From a virus (taxonomy: Duplodnaviria > Caudoviricetes): 64,000 nt of DNA. Below the pieces are notes generated by a model. It was not told the DNA's origin, ran no database searches, and worked only from the letters and a program-made list of their open reading frames with translations. Numbering within the stretch: position 1 is the first letter of the stretch; every line of letters begins with the position of its first letter. The stretch is from the IMG/VR virus record IMGVR_UViG_3300032321_002024, positions 32,001 through 96,000 of that record, one strand, 5' to 3'. The position numbers and the translations under genes are program-made. Below are positions 41,015 to 50,486 of this stretch, piece after piece.

Positions 41015-41218
41015 GTGAAAAAGTATAAAGTTAAGAGTCTTGTAGTTGATAGTATCAACAATGTATCTTCATATGGTGTAGATATAGAATCCGAACTTAC
41101 TAAAATTTTATCTGAACAAATAGCAAAAGAAATGGATAGAGATATTCTAAGATATTTAGGTGTTGAGCCTGATAGAAATAAACGTAGAATTAATTCCATA
41201 AATAAAATATTCATATGA
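41015..41218 (+). CDS. Mini-protein resembling gp23 major capsid central helix + tag
   Basis: YGVDIESELTKILSEQIAKEMDRDILRYL; ends RRINSINKIF. Confidence 0.6.
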   Translation: MKKYKVKSLVVDSINNVSSYGVDIESELTKILSEQIAKEMDRDILRYLGVEPDRNKRRINSINKIFI

Positions 41219-41784
41219 AAGATATAATCGTTGTAGAGAATATATTTGATGGATCTGATGTTACTGCTGATGAATTCAACTCAATAATTATTAAAAAAAT
41301 TAAAACTCACCCTGGTTGGCATTTAAGTGGTGATGAGCAAATTGAGAAAAAAGATATAGATTCTGATTTGTCTGACACTGGAATGTTACTTCAGTCTTTT
41401 TTTAGAATTCCTAGTCATGATTTTAATTATCACTCTGAAATAAACTCATTAGCTGATATGATATTTCAGCAGATACAAAGTAAATTACCAATTAAGTTTA
41501 CAAAAATAGAACCTGTTAGATTTCTTTGGAACTATTACAATCGATCGTCTACTGGTGTTATTCATAGAGATATGAGTGAGAAAACAGAAGGAAATTTTTG
41601 CAGTATAGTTTATCACTTAAATGATAGTGATGGTGAAACAGTTATTGAAGATAATTTTATAAAATCTAAGTCTGGTCAGTGTGTTGTTTTTGATTCAAAA
41701 AGAATACATCATGGCACTGGTCCAAAAGAATATAAAAGTAGATATTGTTTAAATATCATGTTTAAATATGAAAATATAATTTGA
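41215..41784 (+). CDS. 2OG-Fe(II) oxygenase
   Basis: HRD...YHLNDSDG...FDSKRIHHG...R.CLN. Confidence 0.85.
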   Translation: MKDIIVVENIFDGSDVTADEFNSIIIKKIKTHPGWHLSGDEQIEKKDIDSDLSDTGMLLQSFFRIPSHDFNYHSEINSLADMIFQQIQSKLPIKFTKIEPVRFLWNYYNRSSTGVIHRDMSEKTEGNFCSIVYHLNDSDGETVIEDNFIKSKSGQCVVFDSKRIHHGTGPKEYKSRYCLNIMFKYENII

Positions 41785-41785
41785 T

Positions 41786-41956
41786 ATGTTTGTCAATCCT
41801 AATAAATTAAATTCTTATCGTAAAGTTTTACGTGGTATTGAAGATAATAATAATGATATTCAAGCAACCTGGACTTTACTTAGATCTATGATAAGAAAAC
41901 AAAAAATCGAAAGAATATATGGAACAAAAAATACAGATAGGAAAGAAAAGTTCTGA
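41786..41956 (+). CDS. Small tagged protein (56 aa, not in ORF track)
   Basis: MFVNPNKLNSYRKVLRGIEDNNNDIQATWTLLRSMIRKQKIERIYG... Confidence 0.55.
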   Translation: MFVNPNKLNSYRKVLRGIEDNNNDIQATWTLLRSMIRKQKIERIYGTKNTDRKEKF

Positions 41957-42191
41957 CTTAGAACCAGGTTATGTTTATGTTCCTTATATCCCAATGACAA
42001 CATCACAAGTTATAGTTGATTATGGTTCTAAAAATATAAGTAGAAAAAGAAAGATTAATAAAATATTTGATTTAGGTTTAGATGTTAAAGATGAATTCTC
42101 ACCAAGTAAATCAATTATGAGTAGATACTCTAAAAAGATAGTGAATAGTAAATATTACGGAACTATAGAAATAAAAAAACCCACTTATTAA
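41919..42191 (+). CDS. Mini-protein resembling gp23 major capsid C-terminus with inserted tag
   Basis: IGKK...EPGYVYVPYIPM...[SRKRKINKIF]...FSPSKSIMSRYSKKIVNSKYYGTI. Confidence 0.65.
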   Translation: MEQKIQIGKKSSDLEPGYVYVPYIPMTTSQVIVDYGSKNISRKRKINKIFDLGLDVKDEFSPSKSIMSRYSKKIVNSKYYGTIEIKKPTY

Positions 42192-42204
42192 GTGGGTTTT
42201 TAGT

Positions 42205-42777
42205 TTACTTATTATAAGTTAATTTGTAGATTGTCTTATATTGAAGAGCGATTAACTCATCTACTATATTGTGAATGTGTGTATCTTCTGCTTTAATACA
42301 TTTTCTATCAGATTTTACAAATTCAACAATTTCTTTAAAATAGTCTAATCTATCTTTTGATTTAGAATCTGTTGTATCAATAACTTCATATCCTTCAATT
42401 AATCCATATTGACCTTGATAAATCTCAACGATATCATCAATAAATCCAATAACACCGTCATAGTAAGCTTCTAAAGCCAAATGAGCTGCGTGTGAACCCA
42501 TATCACCTTTAACAGTCCAATGATAAACTTGAGCCATTTCTCTACTTTCTAACAATCTAGAGATAAATTTAGAAACATCACCACCTTCTGATACTTCAAC
42601 TTTTTCTTCTTCCTCTTTTTCTGGTTCTGGTTGTTCTTTTTTACCAGCCATAAGAGCTAAAAGTTCTTCTTTAGACATATCTTCATAATTTGAAGGTAGG
42701 TTAGCTGGTGTCTCATCAGCTTCGTTTATTCTTTTTAAAACTCGCGATTTTTTTTGAATTTCTGAAAATCTTTTCAT
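42205..42777 (-). CDS. Ferritin/Dps-like four-helix protein with N-terminal signal
   Basis: YHW...HAAHLALEAYYD...DDIVEIYQG...NIVDE...YKL. Confidence 0.7.
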   Translation of the reverse strand: MKRFSEIQKKSRVLKRINEADETPANLPSNYEDMSKEELLALMAGKKEQPEPEKEEEEKVEVSEGGDVSKFISRLLESREMAQVYHWTVKGDMGSHAAHLALEAYYDGVIGFIDDIVEIYQGQYGLIEGYEVIDTTDSKSKDRLDYFKEIVEFVKSDRKCIKAEDTHIHNIVDELIALQYKTIYKLTYNK

Positions 42778-42887
42778 TTGAATTATTTAATTTTTTCTGA
42801 TTTATATATTAAATATTAAAACCTCATTTTTTGATTTAAAAAAGTAAATATTCTATTTTAATATATACTAAAAAATAAACTATAACT

Positions 42888-43271
42888 ATGAGTTATATTA
42901 AAAAATATCAAAGATTTGTGGAAGAGTTTGTGATGGATACAGAAACAAAACCATCTACGCCAATAACTACTCCAGATACTCCGACAAGACCAAGACCAAC
43001 TCGTCCAGGAATCACTCCAACTGAAGTTCCTTCTGAAGAAGATGCTCCATTGGCTTATGGAACTGAAACAAAACCATCTACGCCAATAACTACTCCAGAT
43101 ACTCCGACAAGACCGAGACCAACTCGTCCAGGAATTACTCCAACAGAAGTTCCTTCGGAAGAAGATGCTCCATTAGCGGCTGCTAAAGAAGTTATGGATA
43201 GACTACAAAGAGTTTACTCAGAAGCAACAAAAGAAGAAAAAGATAAAATCGATTCTTACTTTGAAAAATAA
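42888..43271 (+). CDS. Pro/Thr-rich protein with N-terminal signal and duplicated 41-aa unit
   Basis: MSYIKKYQRFVEE. Confidence 0.7.
   Translation: MSYIKKYQRFVEEFVMDTETKPSTPITTPDTPTRPRPTRPGITPTEVPSEEDAPLAYGTETKPSTPITTPDTPTRPRPTRPGITPTEVPSEEDAPLAAAKEVMDRLQRVYSEATKEEKDKIDSYFEK
42939..43177 (+). repeat. Two-copy 123-bp tandem duplication
   Basis: GAAACAAAACCATCTACG at 42942 and 43065; differences mostly synonymous. Confidence 0.9.
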
Positions 43272-43279
43272 ATTTAATT

Positions 43280-45001
43280 ATGAAAACATTCGGTGAATTT
43301 TTAAAAGAAGAAGTTGATTTAAGAGGTAGTAAGGTTGTTCCATCTGATTTTATGTCAAAGTCGGAAGAAGAAGCTAGAAGATCGTTAGGTGTAAGACCTG
43401 ATGATGAAAGAGGTGAAATGCCAAGAATCTGGCCAGAGTTTCAACAAAATATGATGCAATCTAATCAACTATTAAGAATAGGTCAAGATGGTCGTGAACT
43501 TAATCGAGAACAACTTGAAGAAAGAATAAAAAGATTAGAGGTGTTAGCTGAAACTGTAGTGAGAGAAGAGTTTGGTGATATATTAGACACCGCTATTAAA
43601 CCTATTGAATTAAATATTAAATTAGTTCAACAAGGTAGTGTTTCTAATCAAATTTCTGATATTAGAAATGTTCCACAACGTGCTGAACAACCTAGCGAAG
43701 AACAACAAGAAGAACAGGATAAGAGAGACGAAGAGAAAAGAAAAAAAGAAGAGGAAGAAAGATCAGAAGAAGAAAAAATTCAACACGCTGAAGAAGGTGA
43801 AGAAGTTCCAGGAACTAATTTAGCATTAGCGATTGATAAAAAGAAGTTATTAAATATGATAACTCAAGCTGCTGGTAAAGCAACAAAAGATATTATCAGA
43901 GTTTCTGAGACAGTTGAACAGGAGTTAACTCAAATTTTTGGGGAAAGACAAGGTAAACAAATTTTAGATTGTTGGGTTAGAATGTCAGACTTAGCTGATA
44001 AAATGGACTGGGTTATTCCAATTAATAGAAAATCCGAAATGATGAAAAACATGCCTCAGGGTATGGCAGGTGCTTGTCAAGTTATCTGGGAAAGTCATTC
44101 TGGTTCTGAATATAATATGAGTCTTCTTTTAGAAAAAGAAGCAACAAAAATTATTATTAAGTCGGTTGGTATTGATTTTCCGATGTTAATACATGAAACA
44201 ATTAAAGGTATTTATCTTTTCTTACAATCAGGAGCTGTTAAAAAAGACAAAGAAACCGCTAAGATTATTAAAAAAGCAACTTCTTCTTTTATGGATGAGG
44301 CTCAAGACTTTAGATATGGTCCACCCGCACTTGAAATGTTAGTTAAATTTATTAATAAATTTCCAGAATCAAATCAGTATAAAAGATTAGATACAAGAGT
44401 ATTTACAATTTTAGCTTATGATAAAGAAAGAGCTAAAGATGAAGCAAAGGAATCTTCACCAGAATTCAAACAATATTTAGAAAAAAGAGCAGATGTTTGT
44501 AGAACTGATGACCAATTTTCAGAAATTATGAAAAGTTTATTTTCAACTTTTGATTTAGAAGGACCACAATTTGTTTTAAATGAAGATAAATTTAATGACT
44601 CACATGCTAAAGATGAGATTTCAAAAATTATAAAATATATTGTTGATGATATTGAAGATTATAAGAGAGAAATCGAAGAGTGGGAAAGAGAGCAAAAAGA
44701 AAGACAAGAAGAAGAAAGTTGGAAAGCTCAATCTCAAGAAATTGAACCAGAAGAAGAGTCTGATATCGATAAGTTAGTTAGACAATCTTTATCTGGAGAA
44801 CAACCAGAACCAGCTCAACAAAAACCATATGATCAGATGACTATGGTAGAGATTCAACAAGCAATTGATGATGCAGTAGCTGAAGAAAATTATGAGCTAG
44901 CGGGTGAACTCACAAATAAATACCTTAAGGGAGAGGCTAAAAAAGTTTGGGAAAACGAACTTTTAAGAATTAATGAAAATTTACATATAAGAAGAAAATG
45001 A
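43280..45001 (+). CDS. Large putative internal protein with C-terminal UVR-like motif
   Basis: MKTFGEFLKEE; LIHETIKG; IDDAVAEENYELAGEL. Confidence 0.65.
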   Translation: MKTFGEFLKEEVDLRGSKVVPSDFMSKSEEEARRSLGVRPDDERGEMPRIWPEFQQNMMQSNQLLRIGQDGRELNREQLEERIKRLEVLAETVVREEFGDILDTAIKPIELNIKLVQQGSVSNQISDIRNVPQRAEQPSEEQQEEQDKRDEEKRKKEEEERSEEEKIQHAEEGEEVPGTNLALAIDKKKLLNMITQAAGKATKDIIRVSETVEQELTQIFGERQGKQILDCWVRMSDLADKMDWVIPINRKSEMMKNMPQGMAGACQVIWESHSGSEYNMSLLLEKEATKIIIKSVGIDFPMLIHETIKGIYLFLQSGAVKKDKETAKIIKKATSSFMDEAQDFRYGPPALEMLVKFINKFPESNQYKRLDTRVFTILAYDKERAKDEAKESSPEFKQYLEKRADVCRTDDQFSEIMKSLFSTFDLEGPQFVLNEDKFNDSHAKDEISKIIKYIVDDIEDYKREIEEWEREQKERQEEESWKAQSQEIEPEEESDIDKLVRQSLSGEQPEPAQQKPYDQMTMVEIQQAIDDAVAEENYELAGELTNKYLKGEAKKVWENELLRINENLHIRRK

Positions 45002-47064
45002 AACTATTTAGATATAACCAATTTACAAAGTTAGAACCTCTCAATGAGAATCTCGATAAGTCAAAGAAGTTTTTAAAAGACCAATTTGTTATTAAAAAAA
45101 TTGCTACTGATTTAAAATTTATTGATTCTGAATTAGATTATCAATTAAGAAATGGTGAAAAGAAAGGTCTTTCTAAAAATGACTTTACACCAGAACAATT
45201 TAACGAAATCAGAATGAAAATGAGAGATGTTAGATTGACTGATGATCAAGTTAGAAATCTTGAAAGAAATGAAGAGTTTGTAAAACTAAGAGAGCTTTTT
45301 CAACCAAACATTGGATATCTTTATAATTTTGTTTATATGTATTTTGTTGAAGGTATCTCTTATGAAGAAGTGGAAAGACTTTATGGTCTTCTTATAGAGT
45401 ATAAAGACTTATTAGATAAACTTCCGAAAAAATTTGATATTAACTTTATAGATGAGTCAATTCCAAATCCTTCCAATAATCATACAAATGCTGAGATTCT
45501 TTCAGATGAATTGGATAGGTTAGGAGACTATAGAAAAGTTAAAAAGATTATTGATACGCTTCCTCCTAAATTGAAAAGAGCCGCTAATTCAGCAACTGAA
45601 CTACAAATGGAACAGTTAATAGAAATAGCTGTTGGTTTTGAAAGTATTGAAGAAGATGATAAAAAAGAAATCGTTTGGAAAACTTTCTTTGGTGAAATGC
45701 TTGTAGATACTTATGAAACAACAAGAGATGGAAAACCAAATCCAAATTTTGGAAAATTAGTTTGGAGAAGTAGATTAGCTAGATTTAATAATGAGGAAAA
45801 TCCACTTGTTGAGTTTATTAGAGCAGCAAAACAACACTTAGATGCTTCTGGAACAGAAGGTTACTCTGATAGAATTGAAAAGATTAATAAAGTAAATGAC
45901 TTACTTGGTGTTAAAGGATGTAAAGTTATTTACAATGTATCTGGTATTATGATTGTTGAAGTTAATTCATATCCTGCTAATAAAATGTTGAATGCTCACT
46001 GTTCCCACTGTATTGTAAATAGTGAAAGTTATTGGAATAGTTATCTTGGAGAATATAATATACAATATTATATTTATAATTTTAATCTTTCATCTACAAA
46101 TACTAGATGGACTATTGGAGTTACAATGAAGCCTGATAGAACTTGGGGTAATGGAGCTTGTCAAACAGTAAATAACAACTATATTGGTGGTGAATTCAAA
46201 TCACTCTTAAAACAATGGGAAAATGAATACGAAATTAGTGATAGTCTTTTGGATATCTTACAACCTCTTAGTCAAGACGAAATCGATAGAAGAAAAAAAG
46301 CTAAAGACGCTGAGAGATTTATCATTAAGAAAACAATTCCGGATCCAGAAACCGGTAGAGAAAGAACTATTACAGCGGCTGATTTACAAGGATATGTTAA
46401 AGAATTTGGAGCTGATATCAATAAAGATAACGGAAAAGCTCTTATCAATGCTGTTGAAGATAATGATATAGAGAGAGTTAAAATGATTTTCCTATTAGGA
46501 GGAACACCTAACTTACAAAAAGGAGCTGATTCAGCAATTGCTAAAGCTAAAGATATGGAAATGATTAAGTTATTAGTTACAAATCACGCTATTCTTACAG
46601 GTGATGTATTTAATAACGTCGTTTGTGATGAAGATGCTTTAGAATTCTGTTTGAAGGCTGGAGCTGATGCTAACTTTAATTCAAATCTTCCAATCAGAAA
46701 AGTTTGTAAGGGAACTTGGAGAAGTCTTACAGAAATTGGTGAGTCTTATTTTGCTGGATACCAAATGTTACTAAAATATGGAGTTAAGACTGAAGAAGCT
46801 GGTAAAAACTTTGTAGTTAAATGGGCAGCTGAATATGGTCGTATGGATATTATTAATGACCAAATGACAAAAGGATGCAAAACAGGATTTGTTGATGCTT
46901 TTGCTTGGATGGGTCATACAAGAAAATTACCTAATGAAGACTTGAAAAAACAAGTTGGTCAATTCTTAAAAGAAAATGCACTTAAATTTGAACCTAATGA
47001 GTGGAAAGATATGTGTGATAAACTTGAAAGAAGAGGTAAGAAGCCTTGGGTTGATGAACTGTAA
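44998..47064 (+). CDS. Ankyrin-repeat-containing protein with N-terminal signal
   Basis: MKLFRYNQF...LNE; GADIN..ALINAV, GADAN, WAAEYGRMDI. Confidence 0.75.
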   Translation: MKLFRYNQFTKLEPLNENLDKSKKFLKDQFVIKKIATDLKFIDSELDYQLRNGEKKGLSKNDFTPEQFNEIRMKMRDVRLTDDQVRNLERNEEFVKLRELFQPNIGYLYNFVYMYFVEGISYEEVERLYGLLIEYKDLLDKLPKKFDINFIDESIPNPSNNHTNAEILSDELDRLGDYRKVKKIIDTLPPKLKRAANSATELQMEQLIEIAVGFESIEEDDKKEIVWKTFFGEMLVDTYETTRDGKPNPNFGKLVWRSRLARFNNEENPLVEFIRAAKQHLDASGTEGYSDRIEKINKVNDLLGVKGCKVIYNVSGIMIVEVNSYPANKMLNAHCSHCIVNSESYWNSYLGEYNIQYYIYNFNLSSTNTRWTIGVTMKPDRTWGNGACQTVNNNYIGGEFKSLLKQWENEYEISDSLLDILQPLSQDEIDRRKKAKDAERFIIKKTIPDPETGRERTITAADLQGYVKEFGADINKDNGKALINAVEDNDIERVKMIFLLGGTPNLQKGADSAIAKAKDMEMIKLLVTNHAILTGDVFNNVVCDEDALEFCLKAGADANFNSNLPIRKVCKGTWRSLTEIGESYFAGYQMLLKYGVKTEEAGKNFVVKWAAEYGRMDIINDQMTKGCKTGFVDAFAWMGHTRKLPNEDLKKQVGQFLKENALKFEPNEWKDMCDKLERRGKKPWVDEL

Positions 47065-47784
47065 TTAAAATCCTTTCAAATAGTTTTTAAGGTTTTCCTC
47101 AATAACTTCTGGTTGGCCTTCTTTAACTTGTTTACAAGTGTGGCAATTCTCACAGGGTTTTCCATCAATAGGAACTCTACAAAACCAACAAAGTTTTAAT
47201 AACTCATATGGCATCATTTTCATTACATCGGTCTTAGTAAGTCCTACAAGTGGATAAATGCATTCAACTTCTTTATCTGAGGTCAAATTCATAACTTTTC
47301 TTCTAGTTTGTTCTCTTGTTGTTTCATGTCCATAAATCGGAAAGAAAACTTTATTGATAGAACTCCAACGACTAGTGGAAAGAATTATTCCAGCAATGAA
47401 ACCACAAACTTCAACATCATATACGACTCCTGAAATATTACCATAATCAAATGTATTTTGAATATAAAAGTAATTTGTGAGTTCTTGTGAATCTAACCAT
47501 CTAAGAACTTTATCAACAGCTTCTAATTCTTCTTTATTTCTTTTTTCAAAATGTATCATGTCAATATGATGAACAACACAATATTCATCCGGATGATTTA
47601 CTAACCACCACCAAAGAACAAAAGTTGAATCAATACCACCACTAAATTGAATAAGTGTAGAAGCTTGAACAGCACCAACTGAGCTTGGTAAAGTTATTTT
47701 ATCAACTTTATTTGCTAATAATTTTATAAAAGTTTTTTCGCTAATTAAGTGACTAGATCCATATGGATATACAATACCATTCAT
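47065..47784 (-). CDS. QueC-like PP-loop ATPase
   Basis: FSGGIDST; WFC...PCENCHTC. Confidence 0.75.
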   Translation of the reverse strand: MNGIVYPYGSSHLISEKTFIKLLANKVDKITLPSSVGAVQASTLIQFSGGIDSTFVLWWWLVNHPDEYCVVHHIDMIHFEKRNKEELEAVDKVLRWLDSQELTNYFYIQNTFDYGNISGVVYDVEVCGFIAGIILSTSRWSSINKVFFPIYGHETTREQTRRKVMNLTSDKEVECIYPLVGLTKTDVMKMMPYELLKLCWFCRVPIDGKPCENCHTCKQVKEGQPEVIEENLKNYLKGF

Positions 47785-47805
47785 ATAAATTTTATTGAAA
47801 AAATA

Positions 47806-48513
47806 CTATTTGTTTAGTATTTTGTAAATAAGATAAGCGTCATTTACATCTTCATATGGTTTAGGAATTGTTGCAACTGAAAGAATATCTGATTTTGATA
47901 ATTTACAATGTTTTGACCAAAAGTCATCTATTTCATTATTATCAACTATTGATAAAAACATATCAGTTTTAGTGAATTTACCACCAGATATTCCAATAGT
48001 ATTCCTCCATATAAACTCTTGTCTTGGTTTCTTACCACCAATTTCTTTAATAATAGGTGGATAAGCTAATTTACAAGATTCTAATTTAAGTGTTGATGGT
48101 GAAAGAACTGTAATATCTTCTGATATCTTATCAAATAGTTTCTTTCTTAAAAGAGTTGAGAACGTAACTAAGTCAATAATATCACCAGCTGTTGATGAAA
48201 ATGAATATCCTTCAATTCCAACCTTGGTTGGTTTAGTAGGATCAATATTATCTAAGATATCTTTAATAATACCATCTGTTATTTTATCATAATCTTTAAG
48301 TTTGGTGATTTCACCTTCGGAGTAATCTTCAAATTCTCTATATTCAACAAACTTATAAGTTACCCATTGTTCAGCTAGTTTGAACCACTTTTTGATTCCT
48401 GTTTTACCAAATGCTGATGATTCTCTACAATAGTTAAACATCTTGAAAGTGTCACTAGAAGTGACTACAAGAGCTGTTGAGATAAGTGATGGATCAATTG
48501 CTACAATATTCAT
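47806..48513 (-). CDS. RuvC-like Holliday junction resolvase
   Basis: VAIDPSL, IEGYSF, PSTLK, EDVNDAY. Confidence 0.75.
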   Translation of the reverse strand: MNIVAIDPSLISTALVVTSSDTFKMFNYCRESSAFGKTGIKKWFKLAEQWVTYKFVEYREFEDYSEGEITKLKDYDKITDGIIKDILDNIDPTKPTKVGIEGYSFSSTAGDIIDLVTFSTLLRKKLFDKISEDITVLSPSTLKLESCKLAYPPIIKEIGGKKPRQEFIWRNTIGISGGKFTKTDMFLSIVDNNEIDDFWSKHCKLSKSDILSVATIPKPYEDVNDAYLIYKILNK

Positions 48514-48555
48514 AATTCTATATATGAATAGTAAGTGGTTTCCTCAATAGTTTGA

Positions 48556-48822
48556 TTATTCTTCAGGTTCCTCTTCTTCACCTTCCATTTGAGGTACCTC
48601 TTCTTCACCTTCCATTTCAGGTTCCTCTTCTTCTGTTTCCATATCTACATCACTATGAAACTGAGGGTTGTCTCTATTTTCAGCTGGAATATTCTTTTTA
48701 GAATCTTCTTCTTCTCTCTTAGCTTTTCTTCTTTCTTCTTCTTGTTTGGCTAATCTTTGAGCATTTGTTAATGCCGCAAATTGCATAGTTTCTAAAAAAG
48801 ATTCATATTTTAATATTTTCAC
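48556..48822 (-). CDS. Small acidic protein with N-terminal signal
   Basis: MKILKYESFLE. Confidence 0.6.
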   Translation of the reverse strand: MKILKYESFLETMQFAALTNAQRLAKQEEERRKAKREEEDSKKNIPAENRDNPQFHSDVDMETEEEEPEMEGEEEVPQMEGEEEEPEE

Positions 48823-48904
48823 GGTTAAAATTATTTTTATAATTTATATATTAAACTTTTTTTTTGAAAATTATATGATATTTATAAACTAAAAATATTG
48901 AATT

Positions 48905-49465
48905 ATGGCAAACGATTGTGACTGCAAAATTAGAATTACAGGAGAACCTGAAGATGTTAAAAGATTGAATGATAGATTACAAATTCAAGAAATTATTGAA
49001 AAAGGATCATTACATAGTGGTAATTATGAATTATTATTTGATTCTATTGATGACGTAGATGATTGGGGTTCAAAATGGCAAGTATTCTCTGATGTTGATT
49101 ATTCAGAAGGGGATACTATGATGTTTATCAATGGTTATTCAGCTTGGGCACCAGCCGATGGTCTTTGGAAAAAGATTTCTAAAGATTTCAATTTATCTGT
49201 TACTTGTGAGTATTCAGAACCAGGAATGGATTTCGCTGGTATTACATCTTGGAATGATGGTGATGAAACAGAAAGAGAAGAAATGACTTATTGGGAATAT
49301 CTTTTCGATAACGATAACGAGTATTTCTGGGAAGAAGTTGGTTATCGATGTGAATGTTTTACACTTTTAGAAGTTAAAGAAAGTTTAGATCCAATCTGGG
49401 ATAAACTTACTGAAGATGAAGTTCAAAAAATTGAAGAACTTCACACTGAAAGATTTGTGGAGTAA
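48905..49465 (+). CDS. DUF1281-like ferredoxin-fold protein
   Basis: WGSKW, SAWAP, YSEPGMDFAG. Confidence 0.65.
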   Translation: MANDCDCKIRITGEPEDVKRLNDRLQIQEIIEKGSLHSGNYELLFDSIDDVDDWGSKWQVFSDVDYSEGDTMMFINGYSAWAPADGLWKKISKDFNLSVTCEYSEPGMDFAGITSWNDGDETEREEMTYWEYLFDNDNEYFWEEVGYRCECFTLLEVKESLDPIWDKLTEDEVQKIEELHTERFVE

Positions 49466-49516
49466 AAAAAGCCGAGATTAAATTCTCGGTTTTTTTGATT
49501 TAAGATATATTTATAT

Positions 49517-49546
49517 TATATTTGTATAAATAAATCCACTATGAAA
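49517..49546 (+). promoter_or_regulatory. Bacteroidota-type promoter/leader, identical copy at 18800-18829
   Basis: TATATTTGTATAAATAAATCCACTATGAAA contains the TAnnTTTG -7 element. Confidence 0.65.
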
Positions 49547-49996
49547 GGTCATAAAATAAACACATCTAAAGAAGCTCTTAAATTTATGTTCTCTGGTAAA
49601 TCAGTAGTAACATTCCTAAATACAAAAACTGATAATAGATTTACTTTTAAACTAAAACAAGCTAAAGACTCTAATTTATTCTTTATTAGTGTTCTAACTG
49701 GACCCGAACAATATACTTATCTAGGGACTTGTAGTGAGGGAAGATATAAGCACGGTAAAAAATCGACTATCTCAGAAGATGTTCAATCTGTAAAAGTTTT
49801 TAATTATATGTTAAGAAATCTAATTCAAGATAGTGTCGAAGGCTTTTTAGAGGTTTGGCACGAAGGATTTTGTGGAAAATGTGGTAAACGTTTGACTGTT
49901 CCTTCTTCAATCCTCAGTGGAATTGGACCTGATTGTATTAAAAAACTTTCTAAGTTGGAAAAAAGAGATAAATTTTTAGAATTAATTTTAGCCTAA
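49541..49996 (+). CDS. DUF6011-like Zn-finger protein with C-terminal tag
   Basis: CGKCGKRLTVPSSI..GIGPDC; ends KRDKFLELIL. Confidence 0.75.
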   Translation: MKGHKINTSKEALKFMFSGKSVVTFLNTKTDNRFTFKLKQAKDSNLFFISVLTGPEQYTYLGTCSEGRYKHGKKSTISEDVQSVKVFNYMLRNLIQDSVEGFLEVWHEGFCGKCGKRLTVPSSILSGIGPDCIKKLSKLEKRDKFLELILA

Positions 49997-50457
49997 TGTT
50001 TTCAGTTATTTTTTGTTTTTTACCGTTTTTATTTTTATTTTTTCAATTTTATCTTCTAAAAAAGAGAAGAACATTGGTTTGGGAAATAAAAAAAGGTGAA
50101 ATTTGTTATAACTGTAAAGAAAGTTTAAATATCCCAGAAAAAGATATCTGGGATAGACTTATGAAGTCAGAAGACTTCTCAAAAATATGTATTTCTTGTA
50201 GTAGAGATAGAAAAATATCTTTACTTAAAAAACCTCTTTTTATTTGGAAATACAAATTTCAAAAAGCTATTGTAAGTAATAAATTTAAAATTCACTGGAT
50301 ATTTTTACCAATTATTTTTTTCTTTATTATCTTAGATGTTATTCTTATTTTCTGTGGTATTAGATTAGGATTATGGTTGGTTTATGGTTCTTTGAATATA
50401 ATTTGGTGGTTAATAATAACTTATAAAACATATTATACAACAATGAAAAAAAAATAA
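49996..50457 (+). CDS. Membrane protein with Zn finger and internal tag
   Basis: CYNC...CISC-SRDRKISLL; TM segments. Confidence 0.65.
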   Translation: MFSVIFCFLPFLFLFFQFYLLKKRRTLVWEIKKGEICYNCKESLNIPEKDIWDRLMKSEDFSKICISCSRDRKISLLKKPLFIWKYKFQKAIVSNKFKIHWIFLPIIFFFIILDVILIFCGIRLGLWLVYGSLNIIWWLIITYKTYYTTMKKK

Positions 50458-50486
50458 ACATTTTAGTTTTATTTGATAAAACTAAA

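Noticed and set aside
41015-42191. A single frameshifted or intron-split major capsid gene
   Set aside because: The fragments cover only a small part of gp23, are separated by an intact oxygenase and another ORF, and each has its own start, stop and tag.
47065-47784. Calling this gene queC with 7-deazaguanine DNA modification
   Set aside because: Only PP-loop and Cys motifs are visible and no partner genes occur in the window; left as QueC-like.
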